NCBI GenBank assembly: GCA_038208905.1
Contig: JBBQYG010000118.1
Location: forward strand, 1 to 12,963
DNA length: 12,963 bases
Direction of reading: 5' to 3'
Source: Candidatus Sumerlaeia bacterium
Lineage (GTDB): Bacteria; Sumerlaeota; Sumerlaeia; SLMS01
The position numbers and the translations under genes were made by a program. Shown here piece after piece: positions 5,693 through 12,963 of this stretch. Under the pieces are notes generated by a model. It had not been told where the DNA came from and did no database searches. It was given only the letters and a program-made list of their open reading frames with translations. Position 1 is the first letter of the stretch; every line of letters begins with the position of its first letter.

Positions 5693-8600
5693 ATGAAAAT
5701 CACCCGCCGCTACACCACCGCCGGAAAAACCCCCTACGCCGGGGTTCCCTTCGCCGAGCGCACTTCCCGCATCGTCAACCCCGACGGCTCCATCGTTTTC
5801 GAGGCCAAGGATATCCTTGTCCCTGAGTCCTGGACCCAGGTCGCCGTGGACATCCTGGCCCAGAAGTACTTCCGCAAGGCCGGCATCCCCCGCGCCCTCG
5901 CCAACGTCCCCGAGGAAGGCATCCCCGAGTGGCTCCAGCGCCGCATCCCCGACGAGAAGGCCCTCAAGGACGTTCCCGCCAAGGAGCGCGAGACCGGCGA
6001 GCGCGACGCCCGCGAGGTCTTCAACCGCATGGCCGGATGCTGGACCTACTGGGGCCAGAAGTACGGCTACTTCGATTCCGAGCCGGACGCCCAGGCGTTC
6101 TACGACGAGCTCTGCCACATGCTCGCCAACCAGATGGCCGCCCCCAACTCTCCCCAGTGGTTCAACACCGGCCTGCACTGGGCCTATGGAATCTCCGGCC
6201 CCGCGCAAGGCCACAGCTTCGTCGATCCGAAGTCCGGCGAAATGCGCATGAGCGAGAATGCCTATGAGCATCCGCAGCCGCACGCGTGCTTCATCCAGTC
6301 CGTCTCCGACGACCTCGTCAACGAGGGCGGGATCATGGACCTGTGGACGCGGGAGGCACGCATCTTCAAATACGGCAGCGGCACCGGCTCCAACTTCAGC
6401 AAGATCCGCAGCGACGGCGAACGGCTCTCTGGCGGCGGGCGCTCCTCTGGCCTGATGTCGTTCCTCAAGATCGGCGACCGCGCGGCGGGCGCGATCAAGT
6501 CCGGCGGCACCACGCGCCGCGCAGCCAAGATGGTCGTGCTGGACGTGGACCATCCGGACATCGAGGAGTTCATCAACTGGAAGGTCGTCGAGGAGCAGAA
6601 GGTCGCCGCCCTCGTTGCCGGGTCAAAGCTCTGCAACCGCCACCTCAACGGCATCCTGAAGACCATCACCGACGCCAAGGACAAGCTCAACGGCCACCGC
6701 TTCGACGCGAAGGAAAACAAGGACCTGCGCAAGGCCATCAAGGACGCCCGCGCGGTCCTGATTCCCGAAAACTACATCCAGCGCGTGATCCAACTCGCCA
6801 AGGAGGGCGTCACCCGGCTTGAGTTCGCCGAGTACGACACCGACTGGACCAGCGACGCCTACCTGACGGTCTCCGGCCAGAACTCCAACAACAGCGCGCG
6901 CCTTTCCAACGCGTTCCTGGAGGCCGTGGAGGCCGACGGCGACTGGTCGCTCTATCGCCGCACCGACGGCAAGGTGGCCAAGGTCCTCCGCGCCCGCGAC
7001 CTGTGGGACAAGATCGCCTTCGCCGCCTGGAGCTGCGCCGACCCGGGCCTCCAGTTCGACACCACGATCAACGAATGGCACACCTGCCCCCAGTCGGGGA
7101 GGATCAATGCGAGTAACCCGTGCTCTGAATACATGTTCCTCGACGATACCGCCTGCAACCTCGCATCGCTGAACCTGATGCGCTTCTTCGACTGGCAGTC
7201 GCAGAAGTTCGACGTGGAGAGCTACGAGCACGCGCTCCGCCTGTGGACCATCGTGCTGGAGATCTCCGTGACGATGGCGCAGTTTCCGTCCAAGACCATC
7301 GCCCAGCTTTCCTACGAATTCCGCACGCTGGGCCTTGGCTACGCCAACCTCGGCACGTTGCTGATGGTGCAGGGCATTCCCTATGACTCGCCCAAGGCAC
7401 GCGCGATCTGCGGCGCGCTCTCCGCCGTGATGACGGGTGTCTCCTATGCGACCAGCGCGGAGATGGCCGGCGAGCTCGGCCCGTTCCCCGGCTATGCCGC
7501 CAACCGCGAGGACATGCTCCGCGTGATGCGCAACCATCGCCGCGCCGCATACAACTCCGAAGCCGCCGACTATGAGGGCCTGACCGTCACACCGATGGGC
7601 ATCGACCCCGACTATACACCCGACGACCTGCTGGAGGCATCGCGCCGCGCCTGGGACCGCGCCATCGCACTGGGCGAGAAGCACGGCTACCGAAACGCCC
7701 AGTCCACAGTAATTGCGCCGACGGGAACCATCGGCCTCGTCATGGATTGCGACACCACCGGCATCGAGCCCGACTTCGCGCTGGTGAAGTTCAAGAAGCT
7801 CGCTGGCGGCGGCTATTTCAAGATCATCAACCAGTCGGTCCCCAACGCGCTCCGTCGCTTGGGCTATGGAGAGAAGGAGATCGAGGAGATCATCGCGTCG
7901 TGCCGCGGCACGCTCTCGCTCAAGGGCGCGCGCTTCATCAACGAGGAGACGCTGAAGTCCAAGGGCTTCACCCAGGAGATGATCGACCGCGTCAACGCCG
8001 CCCTCCCCGCGTCGTTCGAGATCGGCTTCGTCTTCAACCGCTACACCCTCGGCGAGGAAAACTGCAAGAAGCACCTCAAGCTGACCGAAGAGCAGCTCAA
8101 CGACTGGAACTTCAACCTGCTGGAGGCGCTCGGCTTCACCAGGCAGCAGATCAAGGACGCCAACGACCAGATCTGTGGCCGCATGACGATCGAGGGCGCC
8201 CCCCACCTCAAGCCCGAGCATTATCCCGTGTTCGACTGCGCCAACAAGTGCGGCAAGTATGGCCAGCGCTTCCTCTCAACGGAGAGCCACGTCTATATGA
8301 TGGCCGCGGCCCAGCCGTTCATCTCCGGCGCCATCAGCAAGACCATCAACATGCCCAACGAGGCCACCATCGACGACGTGAAGGCGGCCTATCGCCTCTC
8401 CTGGAAGATGATGATCAAGGCCAACGCGCTCTATCGCGACGGGTCCAAGCTCAGCCAGCCACTCAACTCCACCGGCGACGAAGTTGACGGCGAGGAGGAA
8501 GAGGTGCCGCTGACCTCCGACACCAGCCCGGCCCAGGTGGCCGAGCGCATCATCTATCGCTACCTCACCAAGCGCCACCGCCTTCCCGATCGCCGCGCCG

Positions 8601-9325
8601 GCTATACGCAGAAGGCCCTCATCGGCGGGCACAAGGTGTTCCTGCGCACCGGCGAATACGAGGACGGCAACCTTGGCGAAATCTTCATCGACATGCACAA
8701 GGAGGGCGCCGCCTTCCGCTCCCTCATGAACGGATTCGCCATCGCCGTCAGCCTCGGACTCCAGCACGGCGTCCCGCTGGAGAAGTTCGTGGAAATCTTC
8801 ACCTTCACGCGCTTCGAGCCCAACGGCATGGTCCAGGGCAACCCCCACATCAAGATGTCCACCTCCGTCATCGACTACATCTTCCGCGAACTCGCCATCA
8901 GCTACCTCGGCCGCACCGACCTCGCCCACGTCCAGCCCGAGGACCTCCGCCACGACACCCTTGGCCGCGCCGGCGCCGAGTATGACGGCGAGGAGGAGGA
9001 GACCATCCTCCACGACGCCGCCGACCAACCCTTCGACCCCAAGGAAATCCGCCCCGAGACCCGCCACTTCAGCCCCATGACCGCCAAGAAGTCCGCCGCC
9101 TCCGCGGAACCCAAACTCGCCCCCGCCCTCGGCGGCGGAACCACCGCCACCGCCACCAAACCCCGCACCGGCGGCAGCGTCCTCGGCCGCACCGAACTCG
9201 CCCGCCAGGCCAAGCTCAAGGGCTACGCCGGCGAACCCTGCGGCCAATGCCACTCCTGGACCCTCGTCAGGAACGGCACCTGCCTCAAGTGCGAGAGCTG
9301 CGGCGGGACGACGGGGTGCTCGTGA
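5693..9325 (+). CDS. nrdJ: Class II adenosylcobalamin-dependent ribonucleotide reductase with fused C-terminal TSCPD domain and Cys-rich tail
   Basis: Start MKITRRYT at ATG 5693; 1210 aa. Motifs [31 protein letters not shown] (thiyl-radical Cys), [24 protein letters not shown] and [16 protein letters not shown] region [30 protein letters not shown]. Terminal CGQC...[11 protein letters not shown]. No N-terminal ATP cone is apparent. Confidence 0.97.
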   Translation: MKITRRYTTAGKTPYAGVPFAERTSRIVNPDGSIVFEAKDILVPESWTQVAVDILAQKYFRKAGIPRALANVPEEGIPEWLQRRIPDEKALKDVPAKERETGERDAREVFNRMAGCWTYWGQKYGYFDSEPDAQAFYDELCHMLANQMAAPNSPQWFNTGLHWAYGISGPAQGHSFVDPKSGEMRMSENAYEHPQPHACFIQSVSDDLVNEGGIMDLWTREARIFKYGSGTGSNFSKIRSDGERLSGGGRSSGLMSFLKIGDRAAGAIKSGGTTRRAAKMVVLDVDHPDIEEFINWKVVEEQKVAALVAGSKLCNRHLNGILKTITDAKDKLNGHRFDAKENKDLRKAIKDARAVLIPENYIQRVIQLAKEGVTRLEFAEYDTDWTSDAYLTVSGQNSNNSARLSNAFLEAVEADGDWSLYRRTDGKVAKVLRARDLWDKIAFAAWSCADPGLQFDTTINEWHTCPQSGRINASNPCSEYMFLDDTACNLASLNLMRFFDWQSQKFDVESYEHALRLWTIVLEISVTMAQFPSKTIAQLSYEFRTLGLGYANLGTLLMVQGIPYDSPKARAICGALSAVMTGVSYATSAEMAGELGPFPGYAANREDMLRVMRNHRRAAYNSEAADYEGLTVTPMGIDPDYTPDDLLEASRRAWDRAIALGEKHGYRNAQSTVIAPTGTIGLVMDCDTTGIEPDFALVKFKKLAGGGYFKIINQSVPNALRRLGYGEKEIEEIIASCRGTLSLKGARFINEETLKSKGFTQEMIDRVNAALPASFEIGFVFNRYTLGEENCKKHLKLTEEQLNDWNFNLLEALGFTRQQIKDANDQICGRMTIEGAPHLKPEHYPVFDCANKCGKYGQRFLSTESHVYMMAAAQPFISGAISKTINMPNEATIDDVKAAYRLSWKMMIKANALYRDGSKLSQPLNSTGDEVDGEEEEVPLTSDTSPAQVAERIIYRYLTKRHRLPDRRAGYTQKALIGGHKVFLRTGEYEDGNLGEIFIDMHKEGAAFRSLMNGFAIAVSLGLQHGVPLEKFVEIFTFTRFEPNGMVQGNPHIKMSTSVIDYIFRELAISYLGRTDLAHVQPEDLRHDTLGRAGAEYDGEEEETILHDAADQPFDPKEIRPETRHFSPMTAKKSAASAEPKLAPALGGGTTATATKPRTGGSVLGRTELARQAKLKGYAGEPCGQCHSWTLVRNGTCLKCESCGGTTGCS

Positions 9326-9348
9326 GGTTGGATGATGTATAGACGCGA

Positions 9349-9372
9349 CGGCGGGGGGGGGATCCTCCGCCG
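9349..9372 (+). terminator. GC-rich hairpin downstream of nrdJ (possible terminator or 3' stabilising stem)
   Basis: CGGCGGGGG / CCTCCGCCG forms a 9-bp stem with one G-U pair and loop GGGGAT, 23 nt after the stop. There is no U-tract. Confidence 0.45.
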
Positions 9373-9392
9373 CTGTGGGCGCTGAGGACACA

Positions 9393-9503
9393 ATGAGTTG
9401 CTTGATCTGTAATAATGGCTGGGCGGGTCTTGCTCATCTCGAAAGCCTGAAAACACTGCAACGATGGCACTACTCCACGTGCGCGCCGCGATGTGTAACG
9501 TAG
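9393..9503 (+). pseudogene. 36-codon Cys-containing small ORF, possibly a decayed YgiT-type zinc-finger (MqsA-like) gene
   Basis: GAGGA, then ATG 9393: MSCLICNNGWAGLAHLESLKTLQRWHYSTCAPRCVT*. Neighbouring frames read DGTT and LLHVRAAMCNVG. Together these recall the family pattern MxCxICKxG...TLERDGTT...VPAxVCxxCG. Similarity judged by eye only. Confidence 0.3.
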
Positions 9504-9594
9504 GTCAGCAGATGAAGAAAGAGTCAGAACGATGGATGGGCGCGACGTGTCACCAACTCTCAAAGCTCGCCCGCATCCGTTCCTTTCGCACCCC

Positions 9595-10644
9595 CTACCT
9601 CCTAAACAACAACCACAAAAAAAACGGCGCCCCCAGAAACGCCGTCACAATGCCCACGGGAATTTCGGCGCCGCCGGGGAGGGCTCGGGCGGCGGTGTCG
9701 CAGAGGGCGAGGAAGGCGGCTCCGCCGAGGGCGGCGGCGGGGAGGAGGAGGCGGTGGTCGGCGCCGATGAGCCGGCGCAGGATGTGGGGGACGATGAGGC
9801 CGACGAAGCCGATGGGGCCGGCGTAGGCCACGATCACGGCGGCCATGGCGGAGGCGGCTCCGAGGCAGATCAGGCGCGTGGATTCCACCGGCACGCCGAG
9901 GTGGTGGGCCGCCTGGTCGCCGACCGCCAGAAGGTTCAAGCGTCGCGACATGCCGAAGAGCACAACCGCCGTGGCCACAACGATCGCCGCGCATCCGCCC
10001 GCCACGCGCAGCGAGCCCGTGTCGAGCCCGCCCATGAGCCAGCGCAGCATCAGCATCGTCTGGTAGGGATTGCTGAGGTACTGAATCAGCAGGATCACCG
10101 ACCCGAAGAGGAAGTTGAGCGTGACCCCCGCGAGGATCAGCGTGGCGGGGGAGGAGAGCGGACCCCGCCTTCGCGCGAGGCCATAGATCACCACAACCGC
10201 CAGCATCGCAAACAGCAGCGCCGAAAACGGCATCAGCGACGGCGCCCACAGCATCGGCGCCAGGTGAAACGCCAGCAACGCGCCCACCGTGGCCCCGCCC
10301 GCGACGCCGAGCGTGAAGGGCTCCGCCAGATCGTTGCGCAGGATCGCCTGATATACAACCCCCGCGAGCCCAAGCGCCGCACCCGCGACGAGTCCGAACA
10401 GCACACGAGGCAGCCGCGTCGTCATGAAAATGTGCCGATCCACATTGGGCGCCGACGCGTCGATACCGATCCCGAACACCGCCGCGAAGTTCAGCCGCGT
10501 CGCCCCGATCAGCGGACACACCAGCGCGCAGAGCACCACCGCGACGGCGAGCCCCGCGAGCACTAGCGCCGATCGACCGGCCCGCGGCGCGGCCGCGGAC
10601 TCGCTGGCGCCGGCGAGCAGGCTCTCCCTCAACCCCGCGCTCAC
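9595..10644 (-). CDS. FecCD/BtuC-family ABC transporter permease (cobalamin or iron chelate)
   Basis: RLPRVL, QAILRNDLAEPFTLGVAGGA, LILAGV, A(H)HLGV (EAA-like loop), GPIGFVGLIVPH and EIPVGIVTAFLGAPFF. The GTG start overlaps the upstream TGA (GTGA). Confidence 0.95.
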   Translation of the reverse strand: MSAGLRESLLAGASESAAAPRAGRSALVLAGLAVAVVLCALVCPLIGATRLNFAAVFGIGIDASAPNVDRHIFMTTRLPRVLFGLVAGAALGLAGVVYQAILRNDLAEPFTLGVAGGATVGALLAFHLAPMLWAPSLMPFSALLFAMLAVVVIYGLARRRGPLSSPATLILAGVTLNFLFGSVILLIQYLSNPYQTMLMLRWLMGGLDTGSLRVAGGCAAIVVATAVVLFGMSRRLNLLAVGDQAAHHLGVPVESTRLICLGAASAMAAVIVAYAGPIGFVGLIVPHILRRLIGADHRLLLPAAALGGAAFLALCDTAARALPGGAEIPVGIVTAFLGAPFFLWLLFRR

Positions 10645-11426
10645 TTCAGCATCCCCACGCGCGGATGCCCCTGGGGGTCGCGCGACACATCAATTGGCAC
10701 GCCGTAAAGCGAGGTGAGCAAGTCTTCCCGGAGGATCGCCTCCGGCGCGCCATCGGCCACCACGCGACCCTCCTTCATCACGATCAGCCTCCGACAATAC
10801 AGCGCCGCCAGATTGATATCGTGTGTCACCGCCACCACCGTCAGACCGTGTGCTTGGTTCAGGCGCTCCAGCAGTCCGAACACATCGCGCTGATGCCCGA
10901 GGTCCAGCGACGCCGTCGGCTCGTCGAGCAACAGCGCCTCCGGACACTGCGCCAGCGCCCGCGCGACCAGGACGCGTTGCCGTTCGCCTCCGCTCAGCGT
11001 CGCCATGCGCCGCTGCGCCATCGCCGCCATTCCCGTCAGTGCCAGGACCCCGCGCGCGATGGCGCGGTCCTCTGCGTCGTCGAATCCCACAAGGGGCGGC
11101 TGATGGGCATAGCGCCCCATTAGGACGACCTCCTCCGCGGTAAAGGCACCCGCGCCCTCCTCGCGCTGGGGGACCACGGCCACCTCCCTCGCATAGGCGC
11201 GGCGCGGGATCGCGCCGATGGCGGTGCCGCGAAAGCGCACCGCGCCCGCCTCGGGAACGATCCAGCCCGTCAGCACATTCAGCAGCGTCGATTTTCCCGC
11301 GCCGTTGGGCCCGATGATGCCGATGAACTCGCCGCGCATCACGGAGAGCGACACGCCGTCCAGCGCGCGCGCCACGCCGTCAAAGGAGTGCGTCACGGCC
11401 TCCACCTGAAAGACGGGTTCCGTCAC
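10641..11426 (-). CDS. BtuD/FecE-type ABC transporter ATP-binding protein
   Basis: GPNGAGKST, VVLMGRY, LSGGERQRVLVARALAQ, LLDEPTASLD and HDINLA. GTGA overlap with the binding-protein gene. Confidence 0.95.
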   Translation of the reverse strand: MTEPVFQVEAVTHSFDGVARALDGVSLSVMRGEFIGIIGPNGAGKSTLLNVLTGWIVPEAGAVRFRGTAIGAIPRRAYAREVAVVPQREEGAGAFTAEEVVLMGRYAHQPPLVGFDDAEDRAIARGVLALTGMAAMAQRRMATLSGGERQRVLVARALAQCPEALLLDEPTASLDLGHQRDVFGLLERLNQAHGLTVVAVTHDINLAALYCRRLIVMKEGRVVADGAPEAILREDLLTSLYGVPIDVSRDPQGHPRVGMLK

Positions 11427-12319
11427 GGCGAGGGCGATTCGGCGGCGTGGATCAGCGCGGCCAGCTTTGCGGCGCTCTCACCGATGCTGGGTCCGGGAAT
11501 CGTGATGTGGGCGTCGTTAACAAAGGCCACACGCGCCTTGTCCGCGCCGGGGCCCAGCAGCGCCCGCCATGCCGCGCGCAACTGCTCCTCCTCCGCCGGT
11601 GTCCACGCCTCGCCCGATTTCGACTCGATGATCACGTCGGGCGGATTGCGGATCAGGAACTCGCGAGAGACCAGCGGATACGCCACCTTCGCCTCTGCCA
11701 ACACGTTTCGCGCGCCCGCCACCGTCAGCAACTCGTCCAGGAACGTCCCCGTCCCCACGGCGTAGATATCGCGCAGCTCACCCGGCGGATGCCCCACCAC
11801 ATACAGCACGCGGACGGGCGCGCGGCCCGCGTTGAGCGCGCGGACCTCGCCGAGCTGGCGGTCGATCTTCGCCACGAGGCGACGCCCGCGAGCGGGCACG
11901 CCAAGGCGTTCGCCCATCAGCAGCGTCCCCGCGCGTATATCCGCCACCGTCTCATTGGGCACCGCCAGCGTCTCCACCCCGGCGCGGGCAAGCTGCGCCT
12001 CCAGCGGACGATTCGTCGGCGCGTGCAGCGCCAGCGTCGGGCGCAGCGCCAGCATCCGCTCCAGATTGGCGTCGAAAAGGCCGCCCACCTTTGGCTTCAG
12101 CTTCGCCGCCTCGGGAAACTCGCAGAAATCCGTCACCCCGACCACTTGATCGGCGAGACCCAACGCAAAGAGTGTTTCGGTGATATTGGGCGCCAGCGAC
12201 AACAGGCGCGTCGTTTCCGTCGTTGGCGAGTCCGCCGCCGACCCGCGGCCCTCCGCCGCAAGGAGCAGCGCAACGACCAGCAACGCCAGTCGGCGCCAAC
12301 TCCCCCCGGGCGTCGGCAT
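11423..12319 (-). CDS. BtuF-like (helical-backbone) periplasmic substrate-binding protein, probably cobalamin-binding
   Basis: ATG 12319 lies 4 nt after the leuD stop. Signal peptide RRLALLVVALLLAA, then SLAPNITETLFALG, VVGVTDFCEFP, NLERMLALRP, GTFLDELLTVAGARNV, YPLVSREFL..NPPDVII and PGPSIG. Confidence 0.88.
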   Translation of the reverse strand: MPTPGGSWRRLALLVVALLLAAEGRGSAADSPTTETTRLLSLAPNITETLFALGLADQVVGVTDFCEFPEAAKLKPKVGGLFDANLERMLALRPTLALHAPTNRPLEAQLARAGVETLAVPNETVADIRAGTLLMGERLGVPARGRRLVAKIDRQLGEVRALNAGRAPVRVLYVVGHPPGELRDIYAVGTGTFLDELLTVAGARNVLAEAKVAYPLVSREFLIRNPPDVIIESKSGEAWTPAEEEQLRAAWRALLGPGADKARVAFVNDAHITIPGPSIGESAAKLAALIHAAESPSP

Positions 12320-12323
12320 GTGG

Positions 12324-12938
12324 CTACTTCCAGTGCTTGAAATAGGGGAGCTTCCCCGCCGTCGCGCTGATCGCATCGCGCGCCGCCAGCAACTCCGCCG
12401 TCGAATCCCACGTCCCCTTCAGAAACGCCTGACGTGTCCCCTCGTTGATCGTGAACGGCACCGAGACCTCGCCCGCCGAAATGCGCAGGCTCTCCAAGTC
12501 CACGGTAAACTCCGCCTCGGGATGGGTCTCCGCCGCGTCCATCAACTGCTGGATCGCGCCCTCCTCCACCACGGCACACGGCACGCCCAGCGTCACGCAA
12601 TTGCCGTAGAATATCTCCGCAAAGCTCTCCGCCACGATGGCCTTGATGCCCCGGCCCCACCGCATGATCGACTGAGGAGCGTGCTCGCGCGACGAACCGC
12701 ACCCGAAATTCTTGTTCGCCAGCAGGATCCCCGCATCCGCAAACCGCGGCTCGTCAAAGGCGTGAACCCGCCCCTTCTCCGCCAACTGCTTCCGGTCATC
12801 CTCAAACGCATGCTCCCCCAGCCCGTCAAACACCACGCACTTCAGGAACCGCGCCGGAATGATCCGGTCCGTATCGATATCGTTCCCCCTCACGGGGATC
12901 GCCCTCGCCGCTATCCGCACTCTCTTCAGCTCGTCCAT
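12324..12938 (-). CDS. leuD: 3-isopropylmalate dehydratase small subunit
   Basis: NDIDTDRIIPARFLK, NFGCGSSREHAPQ and SFAEIFYGNC. SD GAGGTG lies upstream of the ATG. Confidence 0.96.
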   Translation of the reverse strand: MDELKRVRIAARAIPVRGNDIDTDRIIPARFLKCVVFDGLGEHAFEDDRKQLAEKGRVHAFDEPRFADAGILLANKNFGCGSSREHAPQSIMRWGRGIKAIVAESFAEIFYGNCVTLGVPCAVVEEGAIQQLMDAAETHPEAEFTVDLESLRISAGEVSVPFTINEGTRQAFLKGTWDSTAELLAARDAISATAGKLPYFKHWK

Positions 12939-12963
12939 TTGCTCACCTCGTCGGAATCAAGGC

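Noticed and set aside
5693..9325. Intein or intron in nrdJ
   Set aside because: RNR motifs are contiguous, there are no intein splice-junction or LAGLIDADG signatures, and the length fits TSCPD-fused NrdJ.
9353..9624. G9 (9353-9361) and A8 (9617-9624) homopolymers as phase-variation tracts
   Set aside because: G9 is intergenic within a hairpin. A8 encodes the conserved PFFL in frame close to the permease C-terminus.
2483..10566. Long opposite-strand ORFs (2483-3685, 5528-6553, 6623-8221, 8276-9391, 9532-10566)
   Set aside because: Antisense shadows of well-supported genes, as expected in high-GC DNA.
12320..12376. ORF-track start of the binding protein at 12376
   Set aside because: It overlaps leuD. 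ATG 12319 places the signal peptide at the N-terminus.
12939..12963. 3' end of leuC upstream of leuD
   Set aside because: A minus-strand TGA exists at 12957-12959, but too little sequence is present to identify a gene.

Overview
GC-rich bacterial chromosomal window with mostly housekeeping content. The pilin-like paralogue style and the DWG-type kinase suggest a Sumerlaeota/PVC-like lineage, which is inference only. Left to right: (1) a minus-strand ADP-ribosylglycohydrolase-fold gene missing from the ORF track, running off the left edge, with its metal-binding acidic motifs all replaced; (2) a divergent CYTH protein and a membrane Ser/Thr kinase with an atypical HRDLKPGQ catalytic loop; (3) a minus-strand lptB followed by a prepilin-type protein; (4) a ~560 bp divergent intergenic region with DnaA boxes and a tandem NrdR-box pair; (5) a class II (B12-dependent) ribonucleotide reductase, nrdJ; (6) a small Cys-containing ORF that may be a YgiT-type zinc-finger relic; (7) a convergent leuD plus btuF/btuD/btuC-like operon, probably a cobalamin importer. 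No mobile element, CRISPR array or RNA gene was recognised, and I cannot claim a clear-cut new system. The best leads are the ARH pseudoenzyme beside the CYTH and kinase genes, and the nrdJ regulation plus B12-uptake neighbourhood.
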